Below, in pieces: positions 62,928 to 64,000 of a stretch of DNA of 64,000 nt. The stretch is taken from NCBI GenBank assembly GCA_963820825.1, contig CAWGBN010000006.1, positions 128,001 to 192,000 on the forward strand, given 5' to 3'. Each line of letters opens with the position of its first letter. Position 1 is the stretch's first letter. This DNA comes from Vulcanimicrobiota bacterium. GTDB taxonomy: Bacteria > Vulcanimicrobiota > Vulcanimicrobiia > Vulcanimicrobiales > Vulcanimicrobiaceae. The notes below the pieces were generated by a model. That model saw only the letters and a list, made by a program, of their open reading frames with translations, had not been told where the DNA came from and did not search any database. The translations under genes and the position numbers were made by a program.

Positions 62928-64000
62928 TTATTGTCGCAACGGCATCAGCACGTAGAGCTGCTGCCCCGTTTCGAGCGGTTCGAGCGGCCGAATCGCCGCC
63001 GGCGAGAGCGGCCCCAGAAACTCAATCGCGGTCTTTTCGCTCTTGATATGGTTGAGAATCTCGACCAGATAGCGCGCGTTGAAGGCGATGGTGAGATCTT
63101 CGCCGGTCTGCTCGACTTCGAGCTCCTCATACGCGTTGCCCGATACGTCGGAGCTCGCGGTGACGATCAGCGTCTGATTCGCGACCGCCAGCTTGACCAT
63201 GCTGGCGCGATCCCCGGCGACGAGTTCGGCACGGCGCAGGCTGCCGATCAGCTGGGCGGTGCTCACCGTGATCGACCGGTCGAATTTCGCGGGAATGACC
63301 TGCTGGTAGTTCGGGTACTGGCCGTCCACGAGGCGGACCGTGATCGACACGTCACCGCTGCTCATCTGTAGCTGATTACTCTGCGCGCCGAGCGCGCTGA
63401 TCGCGATCTCTTCACCCGCTCCGAGATTACGCGCGGCCTCGGCGAGCGCTCGCGAGGGCACAATGAACTTCTCGCTGCCGTCGGGCCCGTTGTCGAGCGT
63501 GGTGGCGAACTTGGCAAGGCGGTACCCGTCGGTCGCGACCATCGTCATCGCGTTTCCGTCGACCTCGAGCAGCGTCCCCATAAGGACCGCTCCGCGCGCC
63601 TCCTCGCTCGATGCGGCGAAGATCGTCGCCTCGATGCCGTCACGGAAGCGCTTCGCCGCAATCGCGAACTGCGCCCCACGCGCCGCGGCGGGCAGCGGCG
63701 GATACTCGTCGGCGGGGAGCGCGTGAAAATCGTAGTTGCTGCGCTCGCACTTGACGCTCGCGCGCGTCGGCGTGCCGGTGAACTCGAGCGTACCCGGAGC
63801 GAGATTCCCCAGATAGCTGGCAAAGAGTTTGGCAGGCACCGTTACCGAACCGCCTTCGGCGACCTGCGCCGAAAAGGCGTGTTCGAGCGTCAGCTCGAGA
63901 TCGGTGGCGCGCACGGAAATCTTTCCGCCCTCGCCTTGGAGCAGCACGTTGGAGAGGATCGGCACCGTCGTGTGCGCGTTAACCACCTTGCTGGCGGCTC
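62928..64000 (-). CDS. dnaN: DNA polymerase III beta clamp (5' end outside the window)
   Basis: PILSNV, ATDLE, ATDGYRL, YPNY, FNARYL, VLMPLR. Confidence 0.96.
   Translation of the reverse strand, partial: AASKVVNAHTTVPILSNVLLQGEGGKISVRATDLELTLEHAFSAQVAEGGSVTVPAKLFASYLGNLAPGTLEFTGTPTRASVKCERSNYDFHALPADEYPPLPAAARGAQFAIAAKRFRDGIEATIFAASSEEARGAVLMGTLLEVDGNAMTMVATDGYRLAKFATTLDNGPDGSEKFIVPSRALAEAARNLGAGEEIAISALGAQSNQLQMSSGDVSITVRLVDGQYPNYQQVIPAKFDRSITVSTAQLIGSLRRAELVAGDRASMVKLAVANQTLIVTASSDVSGNAYEELEVEQTGEDLTIAFNARYLVEILNHIKSEKTAIEFLGPLSPAAIRPLEPLETGQQLYVLMPLRQ

Overview
GC-rich bacterial chromosome segment next to the replication origin. dnaN (cut at the right edge)-recF-DciA/DUF721-gyrB runs into a long minus-strand diderm envelope cluster: tamB, bamA, three Skp-like genes, lpxD, lpxC, fabZ, lpxA, lpxB, a metallophosphoesterase, an LpxB-related glycosyltransferase, an O-antigen-ligase-like gene, lptC, lptB, lptF/G, DUF3084, yqgF-like and a beta-barrel candidate. 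Further left are recQ, dnaX-ybaB-recR, minC-minD-minD-minE-rodA-rng, ftsEX-envC-ctpA-ctpA and a fused E2-E1 2-oxoglutarate dehydrogenase. Gene content suggests a diderm Terrabacterium, plausibly Ca. Eremiobacterota (inference only). Five otherwise intact genes carry single-base frameshifts, probably assembly errors. The most interesting signals are: (1) a calcineurin-like phosphoesterase with an LpxH-type GNR motif coupled to lpxB, a candidate for the missing lipid A step-4 hydrolase; (2) two copies of a ~170-190 nt structured intergenic element with GGA-loop, CsrA-site-like hairpins, directly upstream of lpxB and lptF/G; (3) RecQ ending in a PcrA/UvrD-type Tudor domain; (4) a chimeric pseudogene joining a Tat protein to a TsdA-like cytochrome tail; (5) a REP-like element inserted in-frame in sucA. 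No rRNA, tRNA, CRISPR array or transposase was recognised.
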